NCBI GenBank assembly: GCA_043809585.1
Contig: JBDROZ010000041.1
Location: 1 to 64,000, forward strand
Length of the DNA stretch: 64,000 bases
Origin: Candidatus Eiseniibacteriota bacterium
Lineage (GTDB): Bacteria > Orphanbacterota > Orphanbacteria > Orphanbacterales > Orphanbacteraceae
Direction: 5' to 3'
Under the pieces are notes generated by a model. That model had not been told where the DNA came from. It worked only from the letters and a program-made list of their open reading frames with translations, and did no database searches. The translations under genes were made by a program, and so were the position numbers. Each line of letters begins with the position of its first letter. Positions within the stretch are counted from its first letter, which is position 1. Positions 36,773-46,701 of this stretch are shown in pieces.

Positions 36773-38521
36773 TCACCTCGGAGCACTCACAAGACTCATC
36801 TCCGCCTCCCTCCACCCTCTCACCGAGTTGACGAGCCAGATCCGCTCCGCTCTTCGCAGATCGTCCGGCGTGAGGACCCCGTCCTCGATCTCGCCTTCCT
36901 CCAGGAGTTCCGCCCGAAACGTCCCGGCGAGGAGGCCGCTCCGGACCGGGGGAGTGATCTTCCGCCCTCCCTTCTCGACGACCACGTTCGCGAAGCACGA
37001 CTCGGTGACCTCTCCCCGCTCGTTCAGGAGGATCACGTCCTCCGCTTCGGGGTGGGCGGCAAGGGCTTCGTCGTACACCCTCCGATGGGTGGTCTTGTGA
37101 TAGAGGAAAGGATCGTCCGAGCGGACGGGCTCGGCGGCAATCGCGACGGCGGCCGCATTGTCGTCCCTTGCGCCGAGGGGGGCGGGCTCGAGAACGAGGC
37201 CTCCTCTTCGGTCGAGGAGCAACCGAACGCGGTAGCGCTCCTTCGCGAACGTCGCCGCCAGCGACTCCATGCGCAGCCGGACCGAGATCTCGTCGAAGGA
37301 GAAGCCGAAGTAGCGGGCCGAGCCCGCCAGGCGCCGGAGGTGGCGGCCCGCGAGGAACCAGCCCTCGTCCCTCGTCCAGAGCATCGTCTCGAGGAGGGAG
37401 AACGGGGTCCTCTCTTCGACGAGCACCTTCGCCTTCAGGAGGCACTCGTCGTACTCCCCCTCGGCTGTCGACTCCCACAGGACGCCCCCGCCGACGCCGT
37501 ACTCCGCCGCCCGCCTCTCCCGGTCGACGACGACCGTACGAATCGCCACGCTGAACGACGCCCGGCGGTCCGGCGCGACGAATCCGACGGCGCCCGTGTA
37601 GATTCCCCGGGGGGAGTCCTCGAGGGCCGCGATGATCGACATGGTCCTCGCCTTGGGCGCGCCGGTGACCGACGCGCAGGGGAAGAGGGCGCGGAAGATC
37701 TCGGGCAAGGGGGCGTCGGTGCGTGCCCTCACGGTGGAGGTCATCTGCCAGACCGTCGGATAACGTTCGGTGTCGAAGAGCCGTGAGGTCTCGACGCTCC
37801 CCGTCTCGGCGATCCGCCCGAGGTCGTTTCGGATCATGTCGACGATCATGAGGTTCTCCGCCCGCTCCTTCGCGGAGGACCGGAGCCCCTCCGCCCTCGC
37901 CTCGTCCTCTTCGGTCGTGAGCCCCCGGGGCGCCGTCCCCTTCATGGGGCGGCCCGTGACGACCTCCCCCCGGTGATCGAAGAAGAGTTCGGGCGACGCG
38001 GAGAGCACCGCGAAGCGGCCGGCATCGAGATAGGCGGCGTGGCCCGATTCCTGCGCGGCGGCGAGCCGGACGAACCAGGCGTACGGGTCTCCTTCGAAAG
38101 GCGCTCGGAGGCGGAAGGTGTAGTTCACCTGGTAGGTCTCCCCCGCCCCGATCCTCCGCCGGATCTCCCCGATCGCCCGCCGGTACGACCTCCGGTCGAC
38201 GCTCGGGGACCAGTTCGAAGGAGATATTCCCTCCCCCGCCGGCGGAGGAAGATCAATCGATTCGACGGGGGGATCATAAAGACCGAAGCGAAGGAGCGGC
38301 GCCTCCCCGGGCGGCCGGGTGACGAGGGCCCGGTCGAAGGCGGGCGCCGCCTCGTAGGCGACGTATCCCGCGCCCCAGAGACCCTTCACCGCTCCCCTCT
38401 CGATCCGCCCGAGGGCGGGCATGACCTCCGCGGGGAACCGGGCCTCGATGATCTCCCGAGGGTTCCCGAAGAGGAGCCAACCCCCGGAGGCGGCGTCCCG
38501 GATCACGGCCCGTCCCGTCAT
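36773..38521 (-). CDS. pabB: Aminodeoxychorismate synthase component I fused to a class IV aminotransferase (PabC-like) domain
   Basis: YQVNYT, SPELFF, PMKGT, ENLMIVD, SVTGAPK; C-terminal HKTT.R, NERGEVTE, GLLAGT.R. Confidence 0.9.
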   Translation of the reverse strand: MTGRAVIRDAASGGWLLFGNPREIIEARFPAEVMPALGRIERGAVKGLWGAGYVAYEAAPAFDRALVTRPPGEAPLLRFGLYDPPVESIDLPPPAGEGISPSNWSPSVDRRSYRRAIGEIRRRIGAGETYQVNYTFRLRAPFEGDPYAWFVRLAAAQESGHAAYLDAGRFAVLSASPELFFDHRGEVVTGRPMKGTAPRGLTTEEDEARAEGLRSSAKERAENLMIVDMIRNDLGRIAETGSVETSRLFDTERYPTVWQMTSTVRARTDAPLPEIFRALFPCASVTGAPKARTMSIIAALEDSPRGIYTGAVGFVAPDRRASFSVAIRTVVVDRERRAAEYGVGGGVLWESTAEGEYDECLLKAKVLVEERTPFSLLETMLWTRDEGWFLAGRHLRRLAGSARYFGFSFDEISVRLRMESLAATFAKERYRVRLLLDRRGGLVLEPAPLGARDDNAAAVAIAAEPVRSDDPFLYHKTTHRRVYDEALAAHPEAEDVILLNERGEVTESCFANVVVEKGGRKITPPVRSGLLAGTFRAELLEEGEIEDGVLTPDDLRRAERIWLVNSVRGWREAEMSLVSAPR

Positions 38522-38744
38522 CCCCCTTCTCCCTCCCGGAGCAGGTCGAGATAGGCGCCCTTCACGAGGGCCTTGATCTCGACGCTTCGGGGCATGGCTC
38601 ACCGCCTTTCGTGTTCACGGATCGGGATCGAATTCCCCCATCCCGGCCACTACCATTCTAATCCCGCTTCCCTTCCGAATCCGCGCCCAATAAGCGCGGG
38701 CCGAGTACCGGTCTTCCCGCGTTTGATGCCCGCGGTTACCGGCC

Positions 38745-40424
38745 CTATCTGGGCGTTTCCATGTCCTCGCCGGAAGGATTATCGCCGAGATTGCGATTCG
38801 AAGTAACGAGCACCTGCCGAATCTCCGGAGTCTCCGGAAAGAGGGACAGGAATCCGATACAAAGAGCCGATGCATCCATCCATCTCTTCTCCATGGCCGC
38901 CGAGCGGATATCCCGATGGAGATATTCCTCGAGCGCACGCTTGTTCGTGATCCGGCCCGAAGGGTCGAGAAGAGCCCCCGGCCAGCCCGCCCGTCGTCCA
39001 TGCACTCGGAGAAACCACTGGATCGCGGGTGCATAGGTCGGGTGGTCGCGGACAAGATCCCGAAAAGCGGAATGAGCACGGCCGGTTTCGGAAAGCCCGA
39101 GCAGACACAAGGCGGAACCATATTGGAAGAGGAAAGTCGTTGGATGATCGCCGCCCTTCGAAATCGCGAAATCGTATTGCGTCTTCGCGCGCCCATACTC
39201 CCCTTGTCGTCGCAGGTATTGCCCGGAATACGAATGTTGCACCGCCTGCGTGTATTTGATCAGCGGGAGGCTGACGAAGAAAGAGAGCGCAACGAGCGAT
39301 GTCGGGATCATCCATGCCAGCGGCCCCCATCGGAATATCCGCGCCCCATATCGCCCTCCCCTCGATAACAGAAGCCCCAAGACGGCACACACCCCGGTGG
39401 CAGGAAGATAATGGTACCGCCACGCCAGAGTTCCCGAATCCCACGGCGCGAACGGCAGGGTGGCGACGACGATCCACGCGGCGGCGATTCGAAGACGAGG
39501 TCTTCGAACGGTTGAGTAGATCAGAAGGCCGAGGAACAAGCATCCCAGAGCCACCCGAGTCGGAACGGTCCATCGAACCCATCGAACGTCCCGTGCCACG
39601 CCGACCACGATATCCGAAACGTAGAGCGCCATGTTGGTCAAGATGTGAGGTCCGACGTGAACCTCCCCCTGCGAAATCTCCGCGACCTCTTCCGTCCTCT
39701 CCCCTCCCTGCATCGTGATCGGCGTGTCGTAAACGAAGAGACTCAGCACAAGAACTGCCCCCACAGCCACCAGGAAGGGACCGGCGGCGATCGCCATCTC
39801 TTTCCGGGGTCGATGCCGAAGGAGGTAGAGGATCGGAAACAGAAATGCGATGGCTGATTCGTGGGCGCAGACGGCCGCCAGGAATAGGACGGACGCCATC
39901 CACGACCGTTTCTTGCTTTTCGCACCCGCCGTCCGACTCATGGCCAGAAATGCCGCGAGGCCGAACAGGGCGGCCAGTAGAAACGCCACCGCGGCCGCCC
40001 AAAACACCGCGCGGAGATGGCTGAGATTGATTAGGAATAGAAGCCCCGCGGAGAAGGAGCCGATTCTGCCGCCTCCCATGGAGGCGATGGAAAGGGCGAG
40101 AAGAAACGCGACCAGGGTGTGAAGAACCACACTCATCACGTGATATCCGGAAGGAGCGCCGTCGAAGAGGCCGTACAGAGCCAAATAGTAAAGATGAACG
40201 GCAGGGCGCGACGCGCCGCGGGCATTGGTCGCCTGGACGGGCTTGTCGGGAGAAAAGACGTACCACAGGTCGTGCCGAGCCCGCTGGGCGGCGGCGATGT
40301 AATCTTCGTCGTCAAACGACCAATCCTGGTCGACAGCCCCTCCGAAGGCGGCAGCGGAAACCAGTGCGAGGACGATTCCGTACAGGACCCACGGGACATG
40401 GCCGGAGGACAGAGCCTTATTCAT
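38745..40424 (-). CDS. Membrane protein, GT-C-like, with C-terminal TPR-like helices
   Basis: FDDEDY acidic loop after TM1, RP motif, many TMs, TPR-like C-terminus. Confidence 0.6.
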   Translation of the reverse strand: MNKALSSGHVPWVLYGIVLALVSAAAFGGAVDQDWSFDDEDYIAAAQRARHDLWYVFSPDKPVQATNARGASRPAVHLYYLALYGLFDGAPSGYHVMSVVLHTLVAFLLALSIASMGGGRIGSFSAGLLFLINLSHLRAVFWAAAVAFLLAALFGLAAFLAMSRTAGAKSKKRSWMASVLFLAAVCAHESAIAFLFPILYLLRHRPRKEMAIAAGPFLVAVGAVLVLSLFVYDTPITMQGGERTEEVAEISQGEVHVGPHILTNMALYVSDIVVGVARDVRWVRWTVPTRVALGCLFLGLLIYSTVRRPRLRIAAAWIVVATLPFAPWDSGTLAWRYHYLPATGVCAVLGLLLSRGGRYGARIFRWGPLAWMIPTSLVALSFFVSLPLIKYTQAVQHSYSGQYLRRQGEYGRAKTQYDFAISKGGDHPTTFLFQYGSALCLLGLSETGRAHSAFRDLVRDHPTYAPAIQWFLRVHGRRAGWPGALLDPSGRITNKRALEEYLHRDIRSAAMEKRWMDASALCIGFLSLFPETPEIRQVLVTSNRNLGDNPSGEDMETPR

Positions 40425-42147
40425 CAGCGGACTCCGGTGTCTTCCTGCGGGCGCGCCATCGGGCGGTGATCGCGGGGGCGACAACCCCAACCAAGCCGCA
40501 CAAGGAAAGCGCGGTCGCGGCCGCACGGAGCGGAGTGGTTCCGAACCGAACACAGATCTCCGAGTCTCCCGAGCCCGGCACGTCCACCGCGACGATTCCG
40601 AGCCCTTCCGCCGCGTGGACGGCAACCGCTTTCCCGTCCACGGTGGCTTTCCAGCCCGGAAAGTAGAATTGACTGACATGAATCCGAGTCGGCCGATCGT
40701 GGCGGACGACAAAACGATACTGGTTCCCTCGCCGGGAGGACGACCTGATTTCCGACCCGGGAGGAGTGCCGACCGGACCGGGAGGAGGACGGTCGGGAAA
40801 GCCGACCACGGCCATGGGCAGGAAATCATTGTCCGAAGTCGTCGTCGTCAGCATCGATTTTTCAGAGGATTGGAGATACGCAATCGATGTGAGACGGGCG
40901 GCTTCCTCTTTCGGCACGTACCTGGCCCGGCAATAGGGGCTGTAGAGAATCAACGCGGCCGCCGCCGCGACAAGAGCGAATGTCCAACTCTGCCGGAAGG
41001 ACAAGACCGCGAGGGTCGGACCGATCATCCCTGCGACCGCAAGGAGCAAGACACCATGAAGCCGCCACGGGAACTGGATGAACTGCATGGGTCGCACGGC
41101 GTCCCAAAAGGGTGCTGACAGGGGAAGCATGAGAATCAGCGCCCCCACGGCCACGGCCTGCCAGAAGAGCAGTTCTTGCCACGCGTCGCGCGATCGCCTG
41201 GTTCCCACGATCCAAGAGAGGGCGGATGCGACGAGGAGTCCACCGTGGACCCAACCCATTTGGAAAGACATCCCGTCCGACGGGCCCGGACGACTGTAAC
41301 CCCATCCCCAGTTTCTTTGAAAGAGCTGCGGCCATTCCACGAAGTGGTTCCGGTAGTTCAAGTAGCCGTCCAGAAGCCGGTGGATTTGCACGGCACGGAG
41401 CTCCCCGAGCGCCGGAATCCAGAAGAAGGCGGAAAGACACGCACCGGCGGAGAAGACGGCGAGGGAGGCACCGGAAGGGCGGAAACGACGCGCGAACATC
41501 GACATCCACACGCCTCGCGCCAACAGAAGCGCGCCGAGAACCATCGCGGATATGTTATGAGCCAGCACGATTCCGGCCCAAAGCGCGGCCGCGAGGGAAA
41601 GCCTGTCGATCCGAAAGGACCGCTCGGCGCGATCGGTCGCCCACAAAACCCAGGGGAAGATGCTCAGAGCAAGGGTTTCGGATATCGCTCCCCGCACAAA
41701 GACGTTCAGAAGGTAATAGGGTGCGAGCACATAGAGCGAGGCGGCAAGAGCCGCCGGAGGTCCACGCCAGCGGGCGCCTACCCATACCCAAACTCCGACC
41801 CAGCCGGCCCCGAGACTCAGGAAGAGCAGCAATCCCTTCGCGAGCCCCAGGCTATCCGTTACCCCGTAAAGAACGCCGCCGCAGACGGTGGCCAGAGGGG
41901 CGTAGTAGTTCAGCAGTGGATAGCCGTATCCGCGGGCCATGCCGGGGAGCCATCTCCATGAAACCGAGCCCTGGCCGGCCGCCTCCCGCGCGTACACGAA
42001 TCGAATCGTGCTGTTCTGTCCGTCATGATCATACGGAAGCGCCCCTGTCAGGAGGGGCCGTCCGCAGAGGAGGAGAACCACGGCCGCGAGCGCGGCTCCC
42101 CACACCCCGGCCCAGATCGAATCACCGGCGCTCTTGGATGGCCTCAT
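40417..42147 (-). CDS. YfhO/PTPS-related membrane protein (GT-C-like)
   Basis: HDG, W......GYGYPLLNYY.PL, APY, RGA..E, QFPWR, YFPGWKA.VDG. Confidence 0.75.
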   Translation of the reverse strand: MRPSKSAGDSIWAGVWGAALAAVVLLLCGRPLLTGALPYDHDGQNSTIRFVYAREAAGQGSVSWRWLPGMARGYGYPLLNYYAPLATVCGGVLYGVTDSLGLAKGLLLFLSLGAGWVGVWVWVGARWRGPPAALAASLYVLAPYYLLNVFVRGAISETLALSIFPWVLWATDRAERSFRIDRLSLAAALWAGIVLAHNISAMVLGALLLARGVWMSMFARRFRPSGASLAVFSAGACLSAFFWIPALGELRAVQIHRLLDGYLNYRNHFVEWPQLFQRNWGWGYSRPGPSDGMSFQMGWVHGGLLVASALSWIVGTRRSRDAWQELLFWQAVAVGALILMLPLSAPFWDAVRPMQFIQFPWRLHGVLLLAVAGMIGPTLAVLSFRQSWTFALVAAAAALILYSPYCRARYVPKEEAARLTSIAYLQSSEKSMLTTTTSDNDFLPMAVVGFPDRPPPGPVGTPPGSEIRSSSRRGNQYRFVVRHDRPTRIHVSQFYFPGWKATVDGKAVAVHAAEGLGIVAVDVPGSGDSEICVRFGTTPLRAAATALSLCGLVGVVAPAITARWRARRKTPESADE

Positions 42148-42374
42148 TTCGGAGTTCCGCTCCCGATCCTGTCGCTACCGCGGAGCCGTTCCCACTCGTC
42201 CCGGGAACCGGGCGGGCGAAGAGGTGTTTCGGCCGGCCCTCCTCCGGAAAGGCGACACCGGTGCCTTGGCGGCCGCGCGCCCCGGAGGCGCACTCCGGCC
42301 CTGCGGGCCGGCCGGAACGTGCGGAATCTCCGGGCTTCGCGGAGGCCCGGTCTTCGTGTCTTTCTGCCCCCTTC

Positions 42375-43532
42375 CTAGTCCGCCTGGGCGCGGAGGAAGG
42401 TCGGCGTGTCGAGATCGTCGTCGTCCCGGCGGTTCGTGCGCATCTGCGTCTTCCAGCGGGAGAGCATTCCCTCCCGGCGCTGGAAGGCCGGCTTCTGGAG
42501 CCGCGCGATCTCCGCGACCGGTTCCACGCGGCGCACGCGGTTCTCGCAGGAGATCACCTTCGGGCGCTGGCCTTCCCGGGAGCCGACGCCGGTGGCCACC
42601 ACCGTCACGTGCACCTCGCCCTGCAGCGCCTCGGAGACCATGGCGCCGAAGATGATGTTCGCCTCGGGGCCGGCGGTCTCGCAGACCAGGCTCGTCGCCT
42701 CGTTCACTTCCTGGAGCGTCAGGTCCGTGCCGCCGGAGATGCTGATCAGCACGCCCCGGGCGCCGGCGATGGTGACGTCTTCGAGCAGGGGGCTCGAGAT
42801 CGCCTGGTTCGTCGCCTCCACGGCCCGGTTCTCGCCGCTCGCGGCGCCCGTCCCCATGATCGCGTCGCCCATGCCGGCCATGATGGTGCGGACGTCCGCG
42901 AAGTCGAGGTTCACCAGCGCGGGCTGGGTGATGAGCTCCGAGATCCCCCGGGTCGCCCGGAGCAGCACCTCGTCCGCCGTGGCGAAAGCGTCGAGAAGGG
43001 AGACGTTCGCGCCCACCACGGAGAGAAGACGCTGGTTCGGGATGACGATGAGGGTGTCCACCATCGCCTTCAACTCCGCGATCCCCTCGTCGGCCTGGCG
43101 CATCCGCTGACGCCCCTCGAACTCGAAAGGCTTCGTCACGATGCCCACCGTGAGCGCGCCGAGATCCCGGGCCACCGCGGCGACCACCGGCGAGGCGCCG
43201 GTCCCGGTTCCTCCCCCCATGCCGGCGGTGACGAAGACCATGTTCGCCCCCTCGAGGGCGTCGTAGAGCATGTCCCGGCTCTCCTCGACCGCCCGGCGTC
43301 CCGTCTCCGGCTGTCCACCCGATCCGAGACCCATCGTCGTCTTTTCACCGATCTGGATCCGGTGGGGCGCCCGCGAAAGGTTGAGCGCCTGACCGTCCGT
43401 GTTCAGGGCGACGAACTCGACGCCGGAGAGGCCGGCGTCGATCATCCGGTTGACGGCGTTACCCCCCGCGCCGCCGACCCCCGCGACCTTGATGCGGGCG
43501 CCGTCATAGTTTTCCGATGCGAATTCAAACAC
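42375..43532 (-). CDS. ftsZ: Cell division protein FtsZ
   Basis: GGGTGTG tubulin signature, [15 protein letters not shown]-terminal peptide. GTG start after GGAGG. Confidence 0.97.
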   Translation of the reverse strand: MFEFASENYDGARIKVAGVGGAGGNAVNRMIDAGLSGVEFVALNTDGQALNLSRAPHRIQIGEKTTMGLGSGGQPETGRRAVEESRDMLYDALEGANMVFVTAGMGGGTGTGASPVVAAVARDLGALTVGIVTKPFEFEGRQRMRQADEGIAELKAMVDTLIVIPNQRLLSVVGANVSLLDAFATADEVLLRATRGISELITQPALVNLDFADVRTIMAGMGDAIMGTGAASGENRAVEATNQAISSPLLEDVTIAGARGVLISISGGTDLTLQEVNEATSLVCETAGPEANIIFGAMVSEALQGEVHVTVVATGVGSREGQRPKVISCENRVRRVEPVAEIARLQKPAFQRREGMLSRWKTQMRTNRRDDDDLDTPTFLRAQAD

Positions 43533-43555
43533 CTTCTCCACCTCCTGTTCCCGTA

Positions 43556-44797
43556 TCAGAACTGGTTCACCACTGCCTTCAGCCAATGACCCATGCGCAG
43601 AATCCCGTTCCCGGCGCGGACCGACGGAACCATGCGGGCGTGCCGCCTCACCTCCCTTTCCGACCCGTACCGGACCAGCCCGACGGTGGTGCTGAAACGG
43701 GCGTCGTTCACTTCATCCGAGAGCCCGGTCATCCCCCGGGGTTTGCCGATTTTGACGGGCATCTCGAACAGGGCCTCCGCCATCTCCGGCACGCCCGGCA
43801 TCTCCGCCGTGCCGCCGGTGACGACCACGCCGCCGCCGAGAAAATCGAACAGATCCGTCCGCCGCGCTTCCCGCGCCGCGAGCTCGAGGATCTCCGCCAT
43901 CCGGGATTCGATGATCGAGCAAAGCACCTGATGGGAGATCGTACGGTCCGCCCGCCCGCCGATGCCGGGGACTTCGATCTGACGGTTCCCGGCCGCCTCG
44001 GAGGCGATGGCATGCCCGTAGTGCACCTTGAGCGCCTCCGCCTCCCCCAGGGGCGTGCGGAGGCCGATGGCGATGTCGGCCGAGACGTTCTCGCCGCCCA
44101 GTCCGATCGACGCGGTGGAGCGGAGGCTACCGTTCAAGAAGACGGTGAAATCCGTGGTGCCCCCTCCGATGTCGACGAGCACCACGCCGAGCTCCCTCTC
44201 GTCCTCCTCCAAAACCGCGCAGCCCGCCGCGAGCGACTCGAGGACGAGCTCCTTCACCTCCACTCCCGCCCGGCGGACGCACTTCTCCACGTTCCGCGCC
44301 GACGTGGCCGCGGCGGTGATGATGTGGACTTCCGTCTCGAGCCGAACGCCGGACATGCCCACCGGGTTGCGGATGCCGTCCTGGTCGTCCACCGCGAACT
44401 CGAGGGGCAGCACGTGGAGCACCCGGCGGTCCGAAGGAATGGCGATGGCCCGGGCCTGCTCGAGCACGCGCTCCACGTCCCCCGCGGTGATCTCGTCCTC
44501 CGAACGGGAAACGGCGATGACCGCCGGGCTGGTGACGCCCTGGATGTGGGCGCCGGCGATCCCGACGTATGCCTCGTCGACCTTCACGTCCGCCATCCTC
44601 TCGGCTTCGTCCACCGAGCGGGCGATCGCTTCCACGGTCTTCTCCACGTTCACGACCGCTCCCCGCTTCACTCCCTCGCTCCGGCTGGTCCCCACACCGA
44701 GGATCTTGAGGACCCCGCCATGACCGACATCGGCGATCACCGTGCAAACCTTCGTCGTCCCGATGTCGATGCCGGTGATCCTGTTCTCTCCCGCCAT
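43556..44797 (-). CDS. ftsA: Cell division protein FtsA
   Basis: [20 protein letters not shown]-terminal amphipathic helix. Confidence 0.96.
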   Translation of the reverse strand: MAGENRITGIDIGTTKVCTVIADVGHGGVLKILGVGTSRSEGVKRGAVVNVEKTVEAIARSVDEAERMADVKVDEAYVGIAGAHIQGVTSPAVIAVSRSEDEITAGDVERVLEQARAIAIPSDRRVLHVLPLEFAVDDQDGIRNPVGMSGVRLETEVHIITAAATSARNVEKCVRRAGVEVKELVLESLAAGCAVLEEDERELGVVLVDIGGGTTDFTVFLNGSLRSTASIGLGGENVSADIAIGLRTPLGEAEALKVHYGHAIASEAAGNRQIEVPGIGGRADRTISHQVLCSIIESRMAEILELAAREARRTDLFDFLGGGVVVTGGTAEMPGVPEMAEALFEMPVKIGKPRGMTGLSDEVNDARFSTTVGLVRYGSEREVRRHARMVPSVRAGNGILRMGHWLKAVVNQF

Positions 44798-44897
44798 CGT
44801 CACTTCTCCTGACCGCGGCCGTGCGCCGCGAACGTTACGCTTCTCCTCTATCTCGCGTTCCGTTCTTCCGTATCCGGCCCGTTGCTCGGATCATCCC

Positions 44898-44978
44898 CTT
44901 CGATACGGACCTTCGGTCCTACTCTGGACAGGCTTCGATACACCGTTCGGCTTCGCCGGACGGCACTCAGGACGAACG
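44898..44978. repeat. Tandem pair of hairpin repeat units
   Basis: CTTCGATAC-[stem with TTCG loop]-(T/C)ACTC(T/A)GGAC occurs twice. Confidence 0.6.
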
Positions 44979-45031
44979 CCTTGGTGCATGACCCGGCCCA
45001 CCTTCCCATCCCCCATCCCCTCTCTCACCTC

Positions 45032-45769
45032 TCAAGTCCCCTGTCCTTTCTTCTCCGCCTTCCCCCGCGCCACCGCTTGGTCGCCGTAGCGGAAGTCGAT
45101 CTCCCGGTAGTGCTCGCCGGTGGCCTCCCACGTCTTCATCACGAGGCGGAGCCTCTCCGCGCGGGCGGGAAGGTACTCCCGGCCGAGGCGGATTCGCGTG
45201 CCCCTCGAGGCTTCGACGAGAGTGATCGAACCGTCCTCGTCGATCGTCACCTGGGCCGCCCGCTCCGAGATCCAATCCCGGTCCTCGGGGAAGGCGGCGG
45301 CGAGCCGGGCCACGTCCTCCGGGGCGCCGCCGGCGAGCAGGGGAAGATCGAGGCACTGGTCCTTCCCCATCGCGGGAAATCGAACCCCCTCCCGGTCGAC
45401 CATCTCCGGCGATTCGCCCGCCGCCGCGAGCAGCCAGGGCCGGCGCTCCTCGACGCGGACCTGCACCCTCCCCGGCGGGCGGCGCCGGACCTCGGCGGAG
45501 CGGATCCAGGGGGATTCCTCGAGCCGGGCCTCGACTTCCCCGGGGTCGAGGGCGATCAGGTTCTCCCCCCGCTCCACACCGGCCCACTCGATCACCTCTC
45601 CTTCGTACAGCAGCCGGTTTCCTTCGACCCGGATCTCGGCGACCGGGAAACGGCCGTCGGCGGTCGCGTAGACCCGGGCCCGCTCGAGCCCGAACGAAAG
45701 CGCCGCCACCACGAAGAGGACCGCCGCGCCGGCGCCGAGCCGGAGCCAGAATCTCGCCCGCCGGTTCAT
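45032..45769 (-). CDS. ftsQ: Cell division protein FtsQ/DivIB
   Basis: TM, POTRA domain (PWIRSAEVRR.PP..V.VEER), IDFRY; position in dcw cluster. Confidence 0.88.
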   Translation of the reverse strand: MNRRARFWLRLGAGAAVLFVVAALSFGLERARVYATADGRFPVAEIRVEGNRLLYEGEVIEWAGVERGENLIALDPGEVEARLEESPWIRSAEVRRRPPGRVQVRVEERRPWLLAAAGESPEMVDREGVRFPAMGKDQCLDLPLLAGGAPEDVARLAAAFPEDRDWISERAAQVTIDEDGSITLVEASRGTRIRLGREYLPARAERLRLVMKTWEATGEHYREIDFRYGDQAVARGKAEKKGQGT

Positions 45770-46701
45770 GCTTCCTCCCCCACGATGCGGACCTCCGGTT
45801 CGAGGTCGACGCCCGACTGCTCCCTCACCCGCCGCCGGATCTCCTCGACCAGGGCGAGGACGTCCGCCGCCGTGGCGCCCCCTTCGTTGACGATGAAGTT
45901 CCCGTGAAGCGTCGACACCGCGGCCCCCCCGATCCGCAGACCCTTGAGCCCCGCCCGGTCGATGAGTTGTCCCGCGTATTCCCACTCCGACGGGTTCTTG
46001 AATATGCAGCCCGCCGTCGCCTCCTTGAGAGGCTGGGTCCGCTTCCGGTGCTCCCGGTTCTTCTCGACCTTTTCCTCGATGACGTCTCGGTCCGCCGGCT
46101 CGAGGGCGAAGCGGGCCCGCACCACCACCGCCCCCTCGGGCAGACGGATCGCACGGTACTCGGCCTCGATCGCCTCCCGGCCGAGACGAATCCCCCGGCC
46201 CTGCCCGTCGAGGAGATCGATCCCCTCGAGGCGGTTCGCGAAGGAGTCGCCGTAGGCCCCGACGTTCGTCGCCACGCCGCCGCCGACCGTGCCGGGCACG
46301 GTGGCGAGGAACTCGAGTCCCGAGAGCGACGCCTGGCGGCTGAGCCGGAGGATCGAGGCGAGGGACTCCCCCGCCATCGCCTCGAGGGTGCGGTCCCCCG
46401 CGATCTTCGAACCCGCGAGGTTCCGGGCGAGACGGATGCAGACCCCCCGGAAGCCGCCGTCCCGCACGATCAGGTCCGAGCCGGCGCCGAGGACGAGCTT
46501 CGGGATCCCCCCCGCCGCGAGCAGGCGGAGCACGCCCCGCAGTTCTTCCTCCGTTTTCGGAAAAACCATCAGATCCGCCGGACCGCCGACGCCGAGGGTG
46601 GCGTGCCTGGCGATCGGCTCGCCCGCGGCGATCCGTCCCTCCACGATGTCGCCCAGTCTCCGCTCCAGCTCTTTCCGTTGCATCATCGCCACCAGAATCA
46701 C
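45766..46701 (-). CDS. murB: UDP-N-acetylenolpyruvoylglucosamine reductase
   Basis: GGPAD, GLEF..VPGTVGG, AGCIFKNP, HGNFIVN. Confidence 0.95.
   Translation of the reverse strand: MILVAMMQRKELERRLGDIVEGRIAAGEPIARHATLGVGGPADLMVFPKTEEELRGVLRLLAAGGIPKLVLGAGSDLIVRDGGFRGVCIRLARNLAGSKIAGDRTLEAMAGESLASILRLSRQASLSGLEFLATVPGTVGGGVATNVGAYGDSFANRLEGIDLLDGQGRGIRLGREAIEAEYRAIRLPEGAVVVRARFALEPADRDVIEEKVEKNREHRKRTQPLKEATAGCIFKNPSEWEYAGQLIDRAGLKGLRIGGAAVSTLHGNFIVNEGGATAADVLALVEEIRRRVREQSGVDLEPEVRIVGEEA

Noticed and set aside
42250-42270. Sigma54-like GG-N10-GC upstream of the YfhO-like gene
   Set aside because: It is a poor match to TGGCAC-N5-TTGC and is expected by chance at this GC content.
45032-46701. 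No ddl between murB and ftsQ; also no pheST after rplT and no tyrA between aroF and aroA
   Set aside because: These genes are often located elsewhere, so absence from one window is uninformative.
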